DNA of 64,000 nucleotides from an uncultured delta proteobacterium. Its GTDB lineage: Bacteria; Myxococcota_A; Polyangia; Fen-1088. Made by a program: the position numbers and the translations under genes. Below the pieces are notes generated by a model, which worked only from the letters and a program-made list of their open reading frames with translations, ran no database searches and was not told the DNA's origin. This document shows positions 35,336 to 46,688 of the stretch, piece after piece (positions within the stretch are counted from its first letter, which is position 1; every line of letters starts with the position of its first letter). The stretch is from assembly GCA_963758155.1 (NCBI GenBank), contig CAVWUP010000018.1:173026-237025 (forward strand). Direction: 5' to 3'.

Positions 35336-35593
35336 ATGCCCGCCTGGTTCGTGTACGTGGTCCGATGCCGCGATGGATCCTTGTACACGGGAATTGCCCG
35401 TGACGTGAACGCGCGCGTGACCCAGCACAACCAGGGTCGCGGCGCGCGCTACACCCGAGGCCGCGGACCGGTGGCCTTGGTGCATGTGGAGCGTAAGAAA
35501 TCCCAGGGATCGGCCTTGCGGCGCGAGGCCGCCATCAAGGCGCTGCCCCGCAAGGCTAAGCTGGCACTGGCAAGCGAGGCGGCTCTCGCGTGA
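35336..35593 (+). CDS. GIY-YIG nuclease-superfamily small protein
   Basis: 85 aa with FVYVVRCRDGSLYTGIARDVNARVTQHNQGRGARYTR, the GIY-YIG/URI motif. Its stop overlaps the downstream start (GTGATG). Confidence 0.6.
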   Translation: MPAWFVYVVRCRDGSLYTGIARDVNARVTQHNQGRGARYTRGRGPVALVHVERKKSQGSALRREAAIKALPRKAKLALASEAALA

Positions 35594-36276
35594 TGCGCCT
35601 CATGCTGCTGCTGCCACTACTATTTTCGGTCGAAGCCAAACCCGAGCGCGTGCTCATTCCCGCCGGGCCGTTCGTGAAAGGATCCAATCGCGGCGCTGAC
35701 GACGAACGGCCCACGACAAAACGCACGCTGCCTGCGTACCGCATCGATCGCACCGAAGTCACGCGCGCCACGTACGCGCGCTGTGTGGCCAGCCGTCGCT
35801 GTCCGCAACCAGCCATCGATCTGGCCCAGGATCCGGAATTGCCGGTTACCAATGTGAACTGGCACGAAGCGCGCGCCTATTGCGCATTTGCCGGCGGCCG
35901 CTTGCCCAGTGAAGACGAATGGGAAAAGGCGGCGCGGGGTACTGACGGCCGCGAATATCCCTGGGGCAACGACCTAGACTGTAGCCGTGCCAATTGGGGC
36001 AATTTCGAAAACGAAGGTCCATGCGCGGGCAAGAATCCGGGGCGCCCCACGAAAGTGGGCAGCTATCCCCAGGGCGCCAGCCCCTATGGCGTCGACGATA
36101 TGGCCGGCAATGTGTGGGAGTGGACCGCGGACAAGTACGATCGCGATTCGAACCGGCGCGTGGTGCGGGGTGGCTCGTGCTGCAGCTATTTCGTCGAGCC
36201 GCGCGTGGCCAACCGAAACGCCTGGGATCCCGATCACCGCGACGGCGACTTGGGATTTCGATGTGTAGCGAGATGA
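35590..36276 (+). CDS. Secreted formylglycine-generating-enzyme (FGE-sulfatase/SUMF1) domain protein
   Basis: Signal peptide plus an FGE fold with motifs RGGS and NVWEWT. 228 aa standalone. Confidence 0.65.
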   Translation: MMRLMLLLPLLFSVEAKPERVLIPAGPFVKGSNRGADDERPTTKRTLPAYRIDRTEVTRATYARCVASRRCPQPAIDLAQDPELPVTNVNWHEARAYCAFAGGRLPSEDEWEKAARGTDGREYPWGNDLDCSRANWGNFENEGPCAGKNPGRPTKVGSYPQGASPYGVDDMAGNVWEWTADKYDRDSNRRVVRGGSCCSYFVEPRVANRNAWDPDHRDGDLGFRCVAR

Positions 36277-36280
36277 GGGC

Positions 36281-38248
36281 ATGAAGCATCAACAGCAAAA
36301 AGCCGTCCTATTCGCACTCTTCGGTGTGATGGTGTCAGCTGTGCCCGTGAGCCAGGCCGCTTCTGTGCCGCCAAAGCCGGCGCCGGTTACCAAGCTCGGT
36401 CGCCCCACGCCCGTCATCTTTCATGGCCCGGCCGCCGCGCCCCTGCCTTTCAGGCCCGCCAACACGGCTAAGCCGGCCACCGCCACTGCAAAGCCTCCAC
36501 TTTCGCCGGCCCGCGCCCCAGTTCGTTCTGCGCAAAGCAGAGTTGGCAACTCAGCAGTTCCAGCCAGCAAGCCTGCTGCCGCCCCATGGACTCTGCCCGC
36601 TGAGATCGAGACGCCAGCACCGACAGCAGACGATCCCAATCGCCAGCGCATCTTGGCCCTGCAAGAGGCGCTGACCCGCATCGTCCACGGCGGTGTTCTG
36701 GGCCGGCTGCGCGTGGGCATGCGCGTGTTGGACCTGGCCACCGGCCATGTGCTCTACACCCGGCGCGGCTCGGTGCTCATGGATCCCGCATCCAATCAGA
36801 AGGTTCTGGCGACGGCGACGGCGCTCTTGCGCCTGGGCAGCACCTGGCGCTTCCGCACCGAACTGTCAGGACCGCCGCCCGGCGGAGATGGAACCATCGC
36901 TGGCGACTTGATCCTGCGTGGCAGCGGCGATCCCTCGCTGCGAGGCGCGCACCTTGCGGCCATGGCCGAGGATTTGGCCCGTCGGGGTGTCACCCGCGTC
37001 GAGGGCCGCGTGCTGGGGGATCCGCGACGTATCGGTTCTGACGAGGCCTTGGTCGCTGGCCGCTCGCCGGTGCGGGTGGGCTGGTCAGCCATTGAAGTGC
37101 GCGTGCGACCCGGAGACAAGGTCGGCGCCGACGCGCTGGCCTCCTTGTCGCCCAGCGTCGATGCCTTGCGACTGGTGAACCAGGCGGTGACCGTCAAGGG
37201 CCGCGGTCGCATTGCCGTGTCCGCGTCCCGCGCGGGCGAGCACATCCAGGTTCTGGTCACCGGCAAGATCGGGCTGGGCCGTCGGGGTATCGTCATCCAC
37301 CGGGCACCGCCTGGCGACACGTTGTACGCGGCGATCCTGATGCGCGCGGCGCTGATCCAGGCAGGCGTCGACGTGCGTGGCATGGCTGGCGTGTATACCG
37401 GCGAAGGACGCGACCGCCTGGTCGGCACGGACGCCGACCTGCAGCTTGCGTCCGCGGCTCCCCTTGGCGACACGCCCGTGGCTTTGATTCGCAAACGCGC
37501 GTCGCCTGGTCCGGCCCTCCTTGCTGTGCACGAGTCAGCTCCCTTGCCCTTGCTCATTCGTCGGGTCAACAAGAACTCGGACAACGAATGGGCCGAGCGC
37601 GTGTTGGAAGCAGCAGGCGCCGAGACGTTTGGCGGCGGCGCCAACACCGCCAAGGGCGTGCGCGCCTTGCGTGAAGCGCTCAACGATCTGGGCGTGCCTG
37701 CGTCGGGCTACTTGCCGGCCAATGGCTCAGGCCTGGGCCACCAGAATCGCGTGGCCCCAGCCACCATGGCGGACCTGCTGCGCAGGTTGTATTTCGACCC
37801 ACGCGTGGGGCCGGATCTGCTGCAATCGCTCTCGGTGGGCGGCGTGGACGGCACCACCCGCAATCGTTTCCGCAATTCGTCTGCCGCCGAGCGGGTGCGC
37901 GCCAAGACCGGCACGCTCAACGGCGTGTCTTGCCTGTCGGGTTACGTGGGTGACAAATCCGACGTGGTGGCTTTCTCCATCATGGTCGAGGGTCATCGTC
38001 GCCGCGCCGTCACCAGCGTGCGCAGCGCCCAGGTGAGCGCGGTGAACGCGATGATGCGCTATGCGCGCGGCACGCTCGGCCCGACGCCTGCCGAGGGGGC
38101 CATGCCGACCGAGGATCTGGAAACCGGCGGCGAGGCCGCCGAGCTAGAAGGCGAAGTCGAGCTGCCCGAGAGCACGCCCGCGCACAAGTCAGGTGAAGGC
38201 ATCGACCAAGCGTCGCAAGACTTCGGCGCCCCGGGCGCCGACCCGTAG
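36281..38248 (+). CDS. dacB: D-Ala-D-Ala carboxypeptidase/endopeptidase (PBP4, peptidase S13) with long low-complexity N-terminal region
   Basis: SxxK (ASNQK), SDN (NKNSDNEW) and KTG (KTGTLNG) motifs. Signal peptide. Acidic C-terminal tail. Confidence 0.7.
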   Translation: MKHQQQKAVLFALFGVMVSAVPVSQAASVPPKPAPVTKLGRPTPVIFHGPAAAPLPFRPANTAKPATATAKPPLSPARAPVRSAQSRVGNSAVPASKPAAAPWTLPAEIETPAPTADDPNRQRILALQEALTRIVHGGVLGRLRVGMRVLDLATGHVLYTRRGSVLMDPASNQKVLATATALLRLGSTWRFRTELSGPPPGGDGTIAGDLILRGSGDPSLRGAHLAAMAEDLARRGVTRVEGRVLGDPRRIGSDEALVAGRSPVRVGWSAIEVRVRPGDKVGADALASLSPSVDALRLVNQAVTVKGRGRIAVSASRAGEHIQVLVTGKIGLGRRGIVIHRAPPGDTLYAAILMRAALIQAGVDVRGMAGVYTGEGRDRLVGTDADLQLASAAPLGDTPVALIRKRASPGPALLAVHESAPLPLLIRRVNKNSDNEWAERVLEAAGAETFGGGANTAKGVRALREALNDLGVPASGYLPANGSGLGHQNRVAPATMADLLRRLYFDPRVGPDLLQSLSVGGVDGTTRNRFRNSSAAERVRAKTGTLNGVSCLSGYVGDKSDVVAFSIMVEGHRRRAVTSVRSAQVSAVNAMMRYARGTLGPTPAEGAMPTEDLETGGEAAELEGEVELPESTPAHKSGEGIDQASQDFGAPGADP

Positions 38249-38252
38249 ACAG

Positions 38253-39167
38253 CTACTCCGAGTACACGACCCACAACACGCCAACGACCGTGATCGCGCT
38301 GCCGATGGCCGAACGCAGGGTCATGGTCTCGCCGAAGAAGATCAGCCCGCCCACGACCGTGAGCACCACTGTGACCTGAAGAATGATTCCCATGGCCGTG
38401 GCAGTCAGATATTTGAGCGCGCGGGTCATGATGAGCTGGGCCCACACGCCGGTCATGCCCACCAGGAGAAGCAGCATCCATTCGCGCGCGCTGGGAGCGA
38501 CCCAGTGGCCCAAGGGCGGCAGCGAAGGCGGCAAAGTGGCCAGTGCGCCCAGCAGAGTAAACGAAGCGAACACTGACCAGTGGCTCTCGGCAGGAGTTCC
38601 GTCGTTGCCGGATCGGCGTGCAGCGCGGATGGCTGTCACCGCCATGCCCGCTGACACCGCCGACAGCTCGGCGACCAGGTCCCAGCCGCACACCCGCCAG
38701 CTCCCGCTCCCGCTGCCCACGATCAATACGACGCCGACTAGAGTCAGAATCAGCGCGGGGACGGCGTGCCGACGCGGACGTTCTTTGAGCAGAGCCCAGC
38801 TGAACAGCAACGACCAGACCGGCGACGTGTAGTTGAGCAAAGTCGCCCGGCCCACGCCCAGTTGCTCAATGCAGGTGAAGTACAACAGCACGGACGTGCC
38901 GCCAAACAGGCCACGCGCAATCAACCAGCGCCAGCGGTGCGGACGCAATTCGACGCGAAAGACTGTCCACGCGCCTGCGACCGCCAGAACCCCGACGCAG
39001 AACCGCACCAGCGCCACCTGCGGCCCCGGAATGCCGTGTGAAACCAGCCGCGCCAGCATGGCCATGGCCGCGAACAAAACCGCCGACACCAGCAGACTGG
39101 CCGAAGCACGTCGGGCTGAGCTTGGTGGGACAGCGGTTGAGCGATCGATGGTCGGTTCCGGAAACAA
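38253..39167 (-). CDS. DMT-superfamily (EamA-like) transporter
   Basis: 10-TM protein with duplicated EamA-type halves. Convergent with dacB. Confidence 0.55.
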   Translation of the reverse strand: MFPEPTIDRSTAVPPSSARRASASLLVSAVLFAAMAMLARLVSHGIPGPQVALVRFCVGVLAVAGAWTVFRVELRPHRWRWLIARGLFGGTSVLLYFTCIEQLGVGRATLLNYTSPVWSLLFSWALLKERPRRHAVPALILTLVGVVLIVGSGSGSWRVCGWDLVAELSAVSAGMAVTAIRAARRSGNDGTPAESHWSVFASFTLLGALATLPPSLPPLGHWVAPSAREWMLLLLVGMTGVWAQLIMTRALKYLTATAMGIILQVTVVLTVVGGLIFFGETMTLRSAIGSAITVVGVLWVVYSE

Positions 39168-39287
39168 GAGGCTCTTTCAGGAAAGCGGGAAATCTACACG
39201 AAGAGCACGGCTCTCGCCCGCAGATGCTGGCACACGCCCAACTTGTGCGAGCCCGCAGGCCGGGTGACAATGCGTCCCGGGGGAAAA

Positions 39288-41171
39288 ATGACCAAGTTGC
39301 TTGCAGCGTTTCTGACGATTGGACTGACCGCTTCTTCTTGCGCCAGTGGGCCTCCGGTTGCTGCCGACGATCTCAAACTCAAACGCGTGGTCATCTACCG
39401 CAACGGCGTGGCGTATTTTGAAAGGGAAGGCCGGGTGGAAGGCGAGCGCGTGCGCTTCAAGGTGCGTGGCGACGAAGTGGGGGATTTTCTGGCCAGCTTC
39501 GCCGTGATCGAGAAGGGGGGCAGCTCAGTGCGCGCGGCCTCGTTCCCGCTCAAACGCGAGGAGCCCGTGCCGCCGCCTGATGCAGCCGGGAACAAGCCGG
39601 CCGATGCCAAGCGCCGCATGGAAACCGTGGTCATGGAAATGGATGGCCGCGAGCATGAGCTGGCCGTGGGCTACATCGCCGAGGCGCCGGTGTGGCGGCC
39701 CTCGTACCGGCTGGTCTTGGGCAGCGGCCCTGCGCACCTGCAACTTTGGGGCATCGTGCAGAATCTGTCAGGCGAGGATTGGACCGACACCAAACTCACC
39801 TTGGTGGCGGATGCGCCGCTGGCGCTGACCGCCGGGTTGGAGCGGCCGGTGATTCCGGGTCGGCCGGTGCTGACTGACGACGGCGGCGCAATCGCCGTGT
39901 TGCCACAGGCGGAAACCACCCTGGCCGAAGAACCGACTCCGCCACCGCCGTCCGAGGCGCCAGCCCCGGCACCCGCAAAGTCCATGATGGCCCCGGCGTC
40001 GAGGTCTTTGGAGAAGAAGGAAGCGCACAAAGGCGGCGTACTGGCACGGCGTATGCTGGGTGCCTTGCGGGATGAGGACGGCACTTCTGCTCCTCAGGGC
40101 GCGATGAATTTCGGCCAGGCGGCCTCGCGTCCTTCGCGCGCCCGCAACCTGGCCGCGCTGGCCGCCGTTGCAGTCTCGGGCGGCGCCACTCGCTACGAGT
40201 TGCCCAACCCGGTCACCGTTCCTGACAACCACGCGACCATGCTCCTTCTGGCAGACAAGGAAGTGCCAGGCGAAGCCACCTTCCTGTTCGTGCCCGATGG
40301 CGGTGTGCCTGATTCGGCCGCGCATCCTTTCAGGGTCGCGCGCTTCACCAACAAGACGGGCGGTCTGCTCGAGCGCGGGCCGCTCGCCTTTTTCGGTGAG
40401 GGCGGATTTCTCGGGCAGGGCGTGATCGATCCGCTGCCCGACGGCGCCAGCGCCACTGTGCCTTTTGGCCTGGAGCGCGGTCTGGCGGTCGAGCGCAGTA
40501 CAGAATACGTACTAGAAGGCGCGCGGCTCTTTCAAGTCGAGGCGGGAAACCTGGTCATCGAGCGGCAGGTGGGACCGCGTACGCGCTACAAACTCAAGAG
40601 TGGCGTGGACCAAGCGCACACCCTGTGGCTCAAGCATCCGCGACAGAACGGAATGAAATTCATCCAGCCGCCCAAGGGCACCGAGGACAACGTAGGATCA
40701 GGCAGCGCCTTGGTTCCCGTCGAAATCGCAGGCCACGCCAGCAAGGAGCTTGTGCTCGACGAGCGCCAGGGCAGCCGGCAAGCCGAGGAATGGCTGAACA
40801 ATCTGGCTGACGACGCGGTCAAGGAGTACCTGGCTGCTCCCGACGGCAAGGGCGAGGCAGCCGCGCAGCTTCGGGCCGCCTGGACCATCCGCACCGACTG
40901 GAAGCGACTGGCCGACGAGGCCGAACGCCTGCAATCGGAACAGAACGATCTGCAGACATCCACCGAGGAGACGCGCGAGAACTTGCGTGCCATCGAAAAG
41001 AACAAAGCCGCCGAGGATCTGCGCCGCACGCTGACCGCCCGGCTCACCAAGGCATCGGCTCGCCTCGACGAAGTGACCAAGCGACTCATCCAGGTTCACA
41101 TGCAGATCAAAGAGCTGGAATTGCGCTTCCGCGAGGCGGTGAAGCTGGTGCGTATCCCAGCCCGCGCGTAG
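39288..41171 (+). CDS. Secreted hypothetical protein, possibly DUF4140/DUF4139-like, with C-terminal coiled coil
   Basis: Signal peptide MTKLLAAFLTIGLTASSCASG (an alternative ATG lies at 39270). Conserved-looking blocks VVIYRNGVAYFEREG and TKLTLVADAPLALTAG. A C-terminal 100 aa that is charged and helical. Confidence 0.35.
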   Translation: MTKLLAAFLTIGLTASSCASGPPVAADDLKLKRVVIYRNGVAYFEREGRVEGERVRFKVRGDEVGDFLASFAVIEKGGSSVRAASFPLKREEPVPPPDAAGNKPADAKRRMETVVMEMDGREHELAVGYIAEAPVWRPSYRLVLGSGPAHLQLWGIVQNLSGEDWTDTKLTLVADAPLALTAGLERPVIPGRPVLTDDGGAIAVLPQAETTLAEEPTPPPPSEAPAPAPAKSMMAPASRSLEKKEAHKGGVLARRMLGALRDEDGTSAPQGAMNFGQAASRPSRARNLAALAAVAVSGGATRYELPNPVTVPDNHATMLLLADKEVPGEATFLFVPDGGVPDSAAHPFRVARFTNKTGGLLERGPLAFFGEGGFLGQGVIDPLPDGASATVPFGLERGLAVERSTEYVLEGARLFQVEAGNLVIERQVGPRTRYKLKSGVDQAHTLWLKHPRQNGMKFIQPPKGTEDNVGSGSALVPVEIAGHASKELVLDERQGSRQAEEWLNNLADDAVKEYLAAPDGKGEAAAQLRAAWTIRTDWKRLADEAERLQSEQNDLQTSTEETRENLRAIEKNKAAEDLRRTLTARLTKASARLDEVTKRLIQVHMQIKELELRFREAVKLVRIPARA

Positions 41172-41188
41172 GGGCGAAAGCAAGCTGG

Positions 41189-41299
41189 TTCACCACAGAG
41201 AGCACAGAGCCCACGGAGCCGGACCGGAAAGGGAAGGGTTGGGTTCTGTCCGGTCCGAACCCTTCTTCCTTTCCGATCTCTGTGCTCTCTGTGGTGAAA
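41189..41299. repeat. REP/MITE-like element copy 3
   Basis: TTCACCACAGAGAGCACAGAGCCCACGGAGCC ... GATCTCTGTGCTCTCTGTGGTGAA. The arms are near-perfect reverse complements. Confidence 0.8.
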
Positions 41300-41361
41300 C
41301 ATCTCGCCAATTCGGATCAGGGTTCCCATCTGCAATGACTTCTGCGCTATTCTGTTGATCC

Positions 41362-42819
41362 ATGGGCGACGGAGAGAAAAGTCTTCCTTCTCTCGAGGCG
41401 ACAATCCTGGTCAAAGGCGCGGCTGAGGCCGAGGCCAGGGTCGCCGCCGACACGCTGGAAGGCTCCAATCTGAAGCACTTCCAGGTCGTGCGTCTGCTTG
41501 GCCGCGGGGGGATGGGCGCGGTCTACTATGGCAACGATACGTCGCTGGAACGCCCGGTGGCCATCAAGATCCTGGCGCCCGAGCTCGCCCATGATCCCGA
41601 GGTGGTCGAGCGTTTCGAGCGCGAGGCGCGCGCGCAGGCGAGGCTGCGCCATCCCAACGTCGCGCAGATTTACTTCATCGGTGAAGATCGCGGCGTTCAT
41701 TTTTTCGTGATGGAGCACCTGGAAGGCCCAGGGCTGGACTCGCTGCTGGCTCGGCCCGAACCTTTGCCCTGGGCCCAGGCCCTGGAATACACCATCGCCG
41801 CGGCCCGCGGGCTGCGCGCGGCCTCGGCGCAGGGCTTTGTCCATCGCGACGTCAAGCCGTCCAACCTGATGCTCGACCGCGAGGCCGGCATCAAGATTCT
41901 CGACTTCGGGCTGGTCAAGAGCATGCACGGCGACTCGCAGCTCACGCGCGACGGAGCCATCATCGGCTCGCCGCTGTACATGTCGCCCGAGCAGGGACGC
42001 GGCGGCACCGTCGACCTGCGCTCGGATATCTACTCGCTCGGCTGCGCGCTCTATCACATGCTGTGCGGTCGCCCGCCTTTCACCGGCCCCTCGCCGGTGG
42101 GCGTCATCACGATGCACGTCACCGACAAGGCCGCGCCGGTGCGCGTGGTCAATCCCAACGTGCCCGAGGTGCTGGCCCGCATCGTCGAACGCATGATGGC
42201 CAAGGAGCCCGCGGATCGCTTTGCCAACTACGACGAGCTGCTGGCGGCGTTGGAAGGGGCGCGGGCCGACCGTCGCGAGCTGTCCGGGTTTCGCACGCGC
42301 GGGATCGCGCTGGCCATCGACGCTGTTCTGCTGTCAGTGGTTGCGTACTTTGCCGGCCTGTGGGTTCTGGCAGCGGCGTTCGTGTACTTCGTGCTCTTCC
42401 ACCGCTTGCTGGGACAGACCCCGGGCAAGTGGCTGCTCGGAATCCGCGTGGAAAATGCTGCTGAGGGCAGGATTTCGTGGAAGGCCGCGCTGATCCGTTT
42501 TCTGGTCTTTGCCTGGGGCCCGCTGGCCTGGACGGTGCTGGCCATGGTCGTCTACTCCTTGCACCGCGACCAGAACGTGTCCTTTCGCCTGGCCAGTCTG
42601 ACCCTGTCGCAACTCGCGTTGCCGGCGATCTACATCGCGGTGGCGACGGTGATCCTGGTCGCCTACCTGGCCGGATTCCTCTTGGTGGCCTTCCATCCGC
42701 GACGGCTGGCCCTGCACGACATCCTGGCGCGCACCGAGGTTCGCTTCAAAGCACGGCCTCCAGCCGAACAGGTGGTGGAGGCCGTGAAAGCGACGACGTT
42801 TACTCGGCGGCCGCGCTAG
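41362..42819 (+). CDS. Ser/Thr protein kinase with C-terminal RDD-family membrane domain
   Basis: Kinase motifs ([27 protein letters not shown]), then a 3-TM region with the RDD signature (R...D...D). Confidence 0.75.
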   Translation: MGDGEKSLPSLEATILVKGAAEAEARVAADTLEGSNLKHFQVVRLLGRGGMGAVYYGNDTSLERPVAIKILAPELAHDPEVVERFEREARAQARLRHPNVAQIYFIGEDRGVHFFVMEHLEGPGLDSLLARPEPLPWAQALEYTIAAARGLRAASAQGFVHRDVKPSNLMLDREAGIKILDFGLVKSMHGDSQLTRDGAIIGSPLYMSPEQGRGGTVDLRSDIYSLGCALYHMLCGRPPFTGPSPVGVITMHVTDKAAPVRVVNPNVPEVLARIVERMMAKEPADRFANYDELLAALEGARADRRELSGFRTRGIALAIDAVLLSVVAYFAGLWVLAAAFVYFVLFHRLLGQTPGKWLLGIRVENAAEGRISWKAALIRFLVFAWGPLAWTVLAMVVYSLHRDQNVSFRLASLTLSQLALPAIYIAVATVILVAYLAGFLLVAFHPRRLALHDILARTEVRFKARPPAEQVVEAVKATTFTRRPR

Positions 42820-44059
42820 CCCCGTTGGCGCGCGCGGAGCCGTTCTTGCCCGCACGCTTGGCCGCGCGCGCCGGCTTGCTTGCCGCGTGGGTGCCCGAAG
42901 CGGCCTCGCGCAAGGCCTCGGCCCGGTCGGTGCGCTCCCAGGTGAACTCGGAGTCGATGCGGCCGAAGTGCCCGTAGGCCGCGGTCTTGCGGAAGATGGG
43001 ACGGCGCAAGTCCAGCTCGCGGATGAGGGCGCCGGGGCGCGCGTCGAAGTTGGCCTGCACCAGTTCGGACAAGCGGTCGTCAGGCAGGGCGCCAGTGCCA
43101 AAGGTCTGCACCAACAGCGACACCGGCTCAGCCACGCCAATGGCGTAGGCCAGCTGCACCTCGCAGCGTCGGGCCAGGCCCGCGGCCACCAGGTTCTTGG
43201 CAATGTAGCGCGCGTAGTAGCAGGCGGAGCGATCGACCTTGGAGGGATCCTTGCCCGAGAAAGCGCCACCGCCGTGGCGACCCATGCCGCCGTAGGTGTC
43301 GACGATAATTTTGCGGCCGGTGAGGCCCGAGTCGCCCATGGGGCCACCGACGACAAAGCGACCGGTGGGGTTGATGAAGTACTTGGTCTTGCCCGACACC
43401 AGGCGGCCGGGCAGCACCGGCTTGACGACTTCCTCCATCACCACCTCGCGCAACATCTTGTACTTCACGCTATCGCTGTGCTGGGTGGAAATGACCACGG
43501 TGTCGATGGCGATCGGCTGGTTCTTCTCGTCGTAGCGAATGGTGACCTGGCTCTTGCCGTCAGGACGGAAGAAATCCACGATGCGCTTCTTGCGCACGTC
43601 GGCCAGACGCTTGGCCAGCTTGTGCGCCAGCATGATGGGCGCCGGCATCAACTCGGGCGTCTCGTCGCAGGCGTAGCCGAACATCATGCCTTGATCGCCC
43701 GCGCCCTGCTCGTCGCGCGTGTACACGCCGTGGCCATCCACGCCTTGCGCGATATCAGGCGACTGGCGCTCCACCGCCACCAACACGCCGCAGGTCTTCC
43801 AGTCGAACCCCATGGCCGAATCCTCGTAGCCGATGCCCTTGACCACGTCGCGCACGATGGCCGGAAACTCGACCTTGGCGGTGGTGGTGATCTCGCCGGC
43901 CACCATCACGAAGCCGGTCTTGGTCAGCGTCTCGCACGCCACCCGGCAGGTCTTGTCTTCGGCGATGATGGCGTCGAGCACGCCGTCCGACACTTGGTCG
44001 CACAGCTTGTCAGGATGGCCTTCGGTCACACTCTCGGACGTGAACAGGTACTCAGACAT
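42800..44059 (-). CDS. metK: S-adenosylmethionine synthetase
   Basis: [25 protein letters not shown] and [16 protein letters not shown] motifs. The ~35-aa Ala/Lys-rich C-terminal extension is unusual. Start ATG at 44057-44059 with a GGAGAC Shine-Dalgarno. Confidence 0.85.
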   Translation of the reverse strand: MSEYLFTSESVTEGHPDKLCDQVSDGVLDAIIAEDKTCRVACETLTKTGFVMVAGEITTTAKVEFPAIVRDVVKGIGYEDSAMGFDWKTCGVLVAVERQSPDIAQGVDGHGVYTRDEQGAGDQGMMFGYACDETPELMPAPIMLAHKLAKRLADVRKKRIVDFFRPDGKSQVTIRYDEKNQPIAIDTVVISTQHSDSVKYKMLREVVMEEVVKPVLPGRLVSGKTKYFINPTGRFVVGGPMGDSGLTGRKIIVDTYGGMGRHGGGAFSGKDPSKVDRSACYYARYIAKNLVAAGLARRCEVQLAYAIGVAEPVSLLVQTFGTGALPDDRLSELVQANFDARPGALIRELDLRRPIFRKTAAYGHFGRIDSEFTWERTDRAEALREAASGTHAASKPARAAKRAGKNGSARANGASAAAE

Positions 44060-44288
44060 ACGGCTTGTCTCCAGTTGTCGGTTTCGGGGCGGGAACGGCA
44101 AGTGTCCCAGCCGAGACCCGCTCCGTCAACGGAGATAGTGAAGACGGCAATTCAGGATGGGCCCGTTTCTTCCGCATGACGTTCCGTGTAGGGGCGACCC
44201 GCGGTCGACCGGCCCCGGACACGGATTGACCGCCCTCGCAGGCATCGCTGAACCACCGTGCCCAAGGCGCGCTGCCCTGTGCTAGCAT

Positions 44289-45491
<1,203 letters not shown>

Positions 45492-45495
45492 CTGT

Positions 45496-45619
45496 TTCAC
45501 CACAGAGAGCACAGAGAACACAGAGGTCGGAAAGGAAGGAGGGGGGGTCGGCCTGCGAAGAATCCAACCCTTCCCTCTCCGCTCCGGCTCTGTGACCTCT
45601 GTGTCCTCTGTGGTGAAAT
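45496..45619. repeat. REP/MITE-like element copy 4 (between convergent genes)
   Basis: TTCACCACAGAGAGCACAGAGAACACAGAGGTCGG ... CCGGCTCTGTGACCTCTGTGTCCTCTGTGGTGAA. Confidence 0.8.
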
Positions 45620-45626
45620 AGGCTAG

Positions 45627-46454
45627 CTACGTCCCCGGCTTTTGCGGCAGATAGCCGGGCGGCGGCGCGAGCAGGAAGGCGTCAGCGGGAAAGGTCGGGT
45701 TGAGGATACGGTCGCGGACCTTGATCTCCACGCCGTCGTCGAAATCGTGCCCCGGTTCGGCGAAACGGATGAGTGCAGGGAACGACTGCCCGTCGCTGCG
45801 CTGCAGATCCTCGTAGGACACACGCCAGCGGGCACGCGCGAACGGCGACTGACCCGCGACCGCGACCACCTCCCAGGCAGCCACCGCAGGCGCCGGCCGA
45901 CGCAGGGTGATCCACAACTGCACGCCATCGGGTGTCAGCAGGTGCAACACGTCTGCCCCTCGGTCCCACCCGACGTCCAGTGCCTGGCTTCCCTCGGGGA
46001 AAAACACGTCGCCCAGCAGGATGGCGGCCACGGCCTGGGCTGGCAGGGGAATACGGATCAATGAAGCCACATCACCCGGGGTGGCCTGGCCCTGGCGAAA
46101 GATCTTTTTCTGGTGGTCGACGAAGACGAAGGCACCGTCGTGGACCGCCAGCGCAGCCACCGTGCCCTGCAACGACACCTCGGCCTCGAAGCGCAGATTG
46201 CCTCCGCGCTCGACCAACATCTGCACGGTTCCGCGCACGCGCTCGCCGCCCAACCAACTGGTGGTGCGCGTTTCCAGATTCACACTGCGCACAGCCGTCT
46301 GGCGCGCGCGCAGGGCGGCCAGCAGTTCATCGGCGGTAGGAACGGGATACTTTCGTTGCGCGGGGGTCGTCGACGCACACGAAATGATCAGCAAGCCGAC
46401 CACGAAAAGCAGCGAACGGCCGAGAAATCCGCAGCCTGCCCGAAGATTGCCCAC
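45627..46454 (-). CDS. Lipoprotein, LolA/LolB-fold (DUF4292-like) hypothetical
   Basis: Probable GTG start giving MGNLRAGCGFLGRSLLFVVGLLIISC (lipobox IISC). The ORF-track start at 46685 adds a 77-aa Arg-rich extension that is unlikely to be real. Lies 3 nt downstream of the TPR gene. Confidence 0.4.
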   Translation of the reverse strand: MGNLRAGCGFLGRSLLFVVGLLIISCASTTPAQRKYPVPTADELLAALRARQTAVRSVNLETRTTSWLGGERVRGTVQMLVERGGNLRFEAEVSLQGTVAALAVHDGAFVFVDHQKKIFRQGQATPGDVASLIRIPLPAQAVAAILLGDVFFPEGSQALDVGWDRGADVLHLLTPDGVQLWITLRRPAPAVAAWEVVAVAGQSPFARARWRVSYEDLQRSDGQSFPALIRFAEPGHDFDDGVEIKVRDRILNPTFPADAFLLAPPPGYLPQKPGT

Positions 46455-46688
46455 CAGCGCAGGGCGGCCAGCGTGCCCCGTGAGCGGTAGCGTGGGCGGT
46501 AGCGACCAGCGTGGCCCGGCTTGCGTGGGCGACTTGCGTGAGCGCAATCCGCGAAATGCGCTTCGCCTTTCCGCAAGACGCACACGAACTCGCTCACCCT
46601 CACGCTCTCGCCCACGCGGCCCGCGAACCGGCCCTTCGGGCGGCCCGCAGTTCCCCGACGGAGCGTACATATGCACGATCTGCATCCG

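Noticed and set aside
44060-44288. SAM riboswitch in the metK leader
   Set aside because: I could not find the conserved SAM-I, SAM-II or SAM-IV core sequences by eye. It is left only as a suggestion for an Rfam scan.
46455-46685. N-terminal 77-aa Arg-rich extension of the LolA/B-like lipoprotein
   Set aside because: The lipoprotein signal peptide begins at the internal GTG (46452-46454). The extension has no signal-peptide logic and is composed of GC-rich filler.
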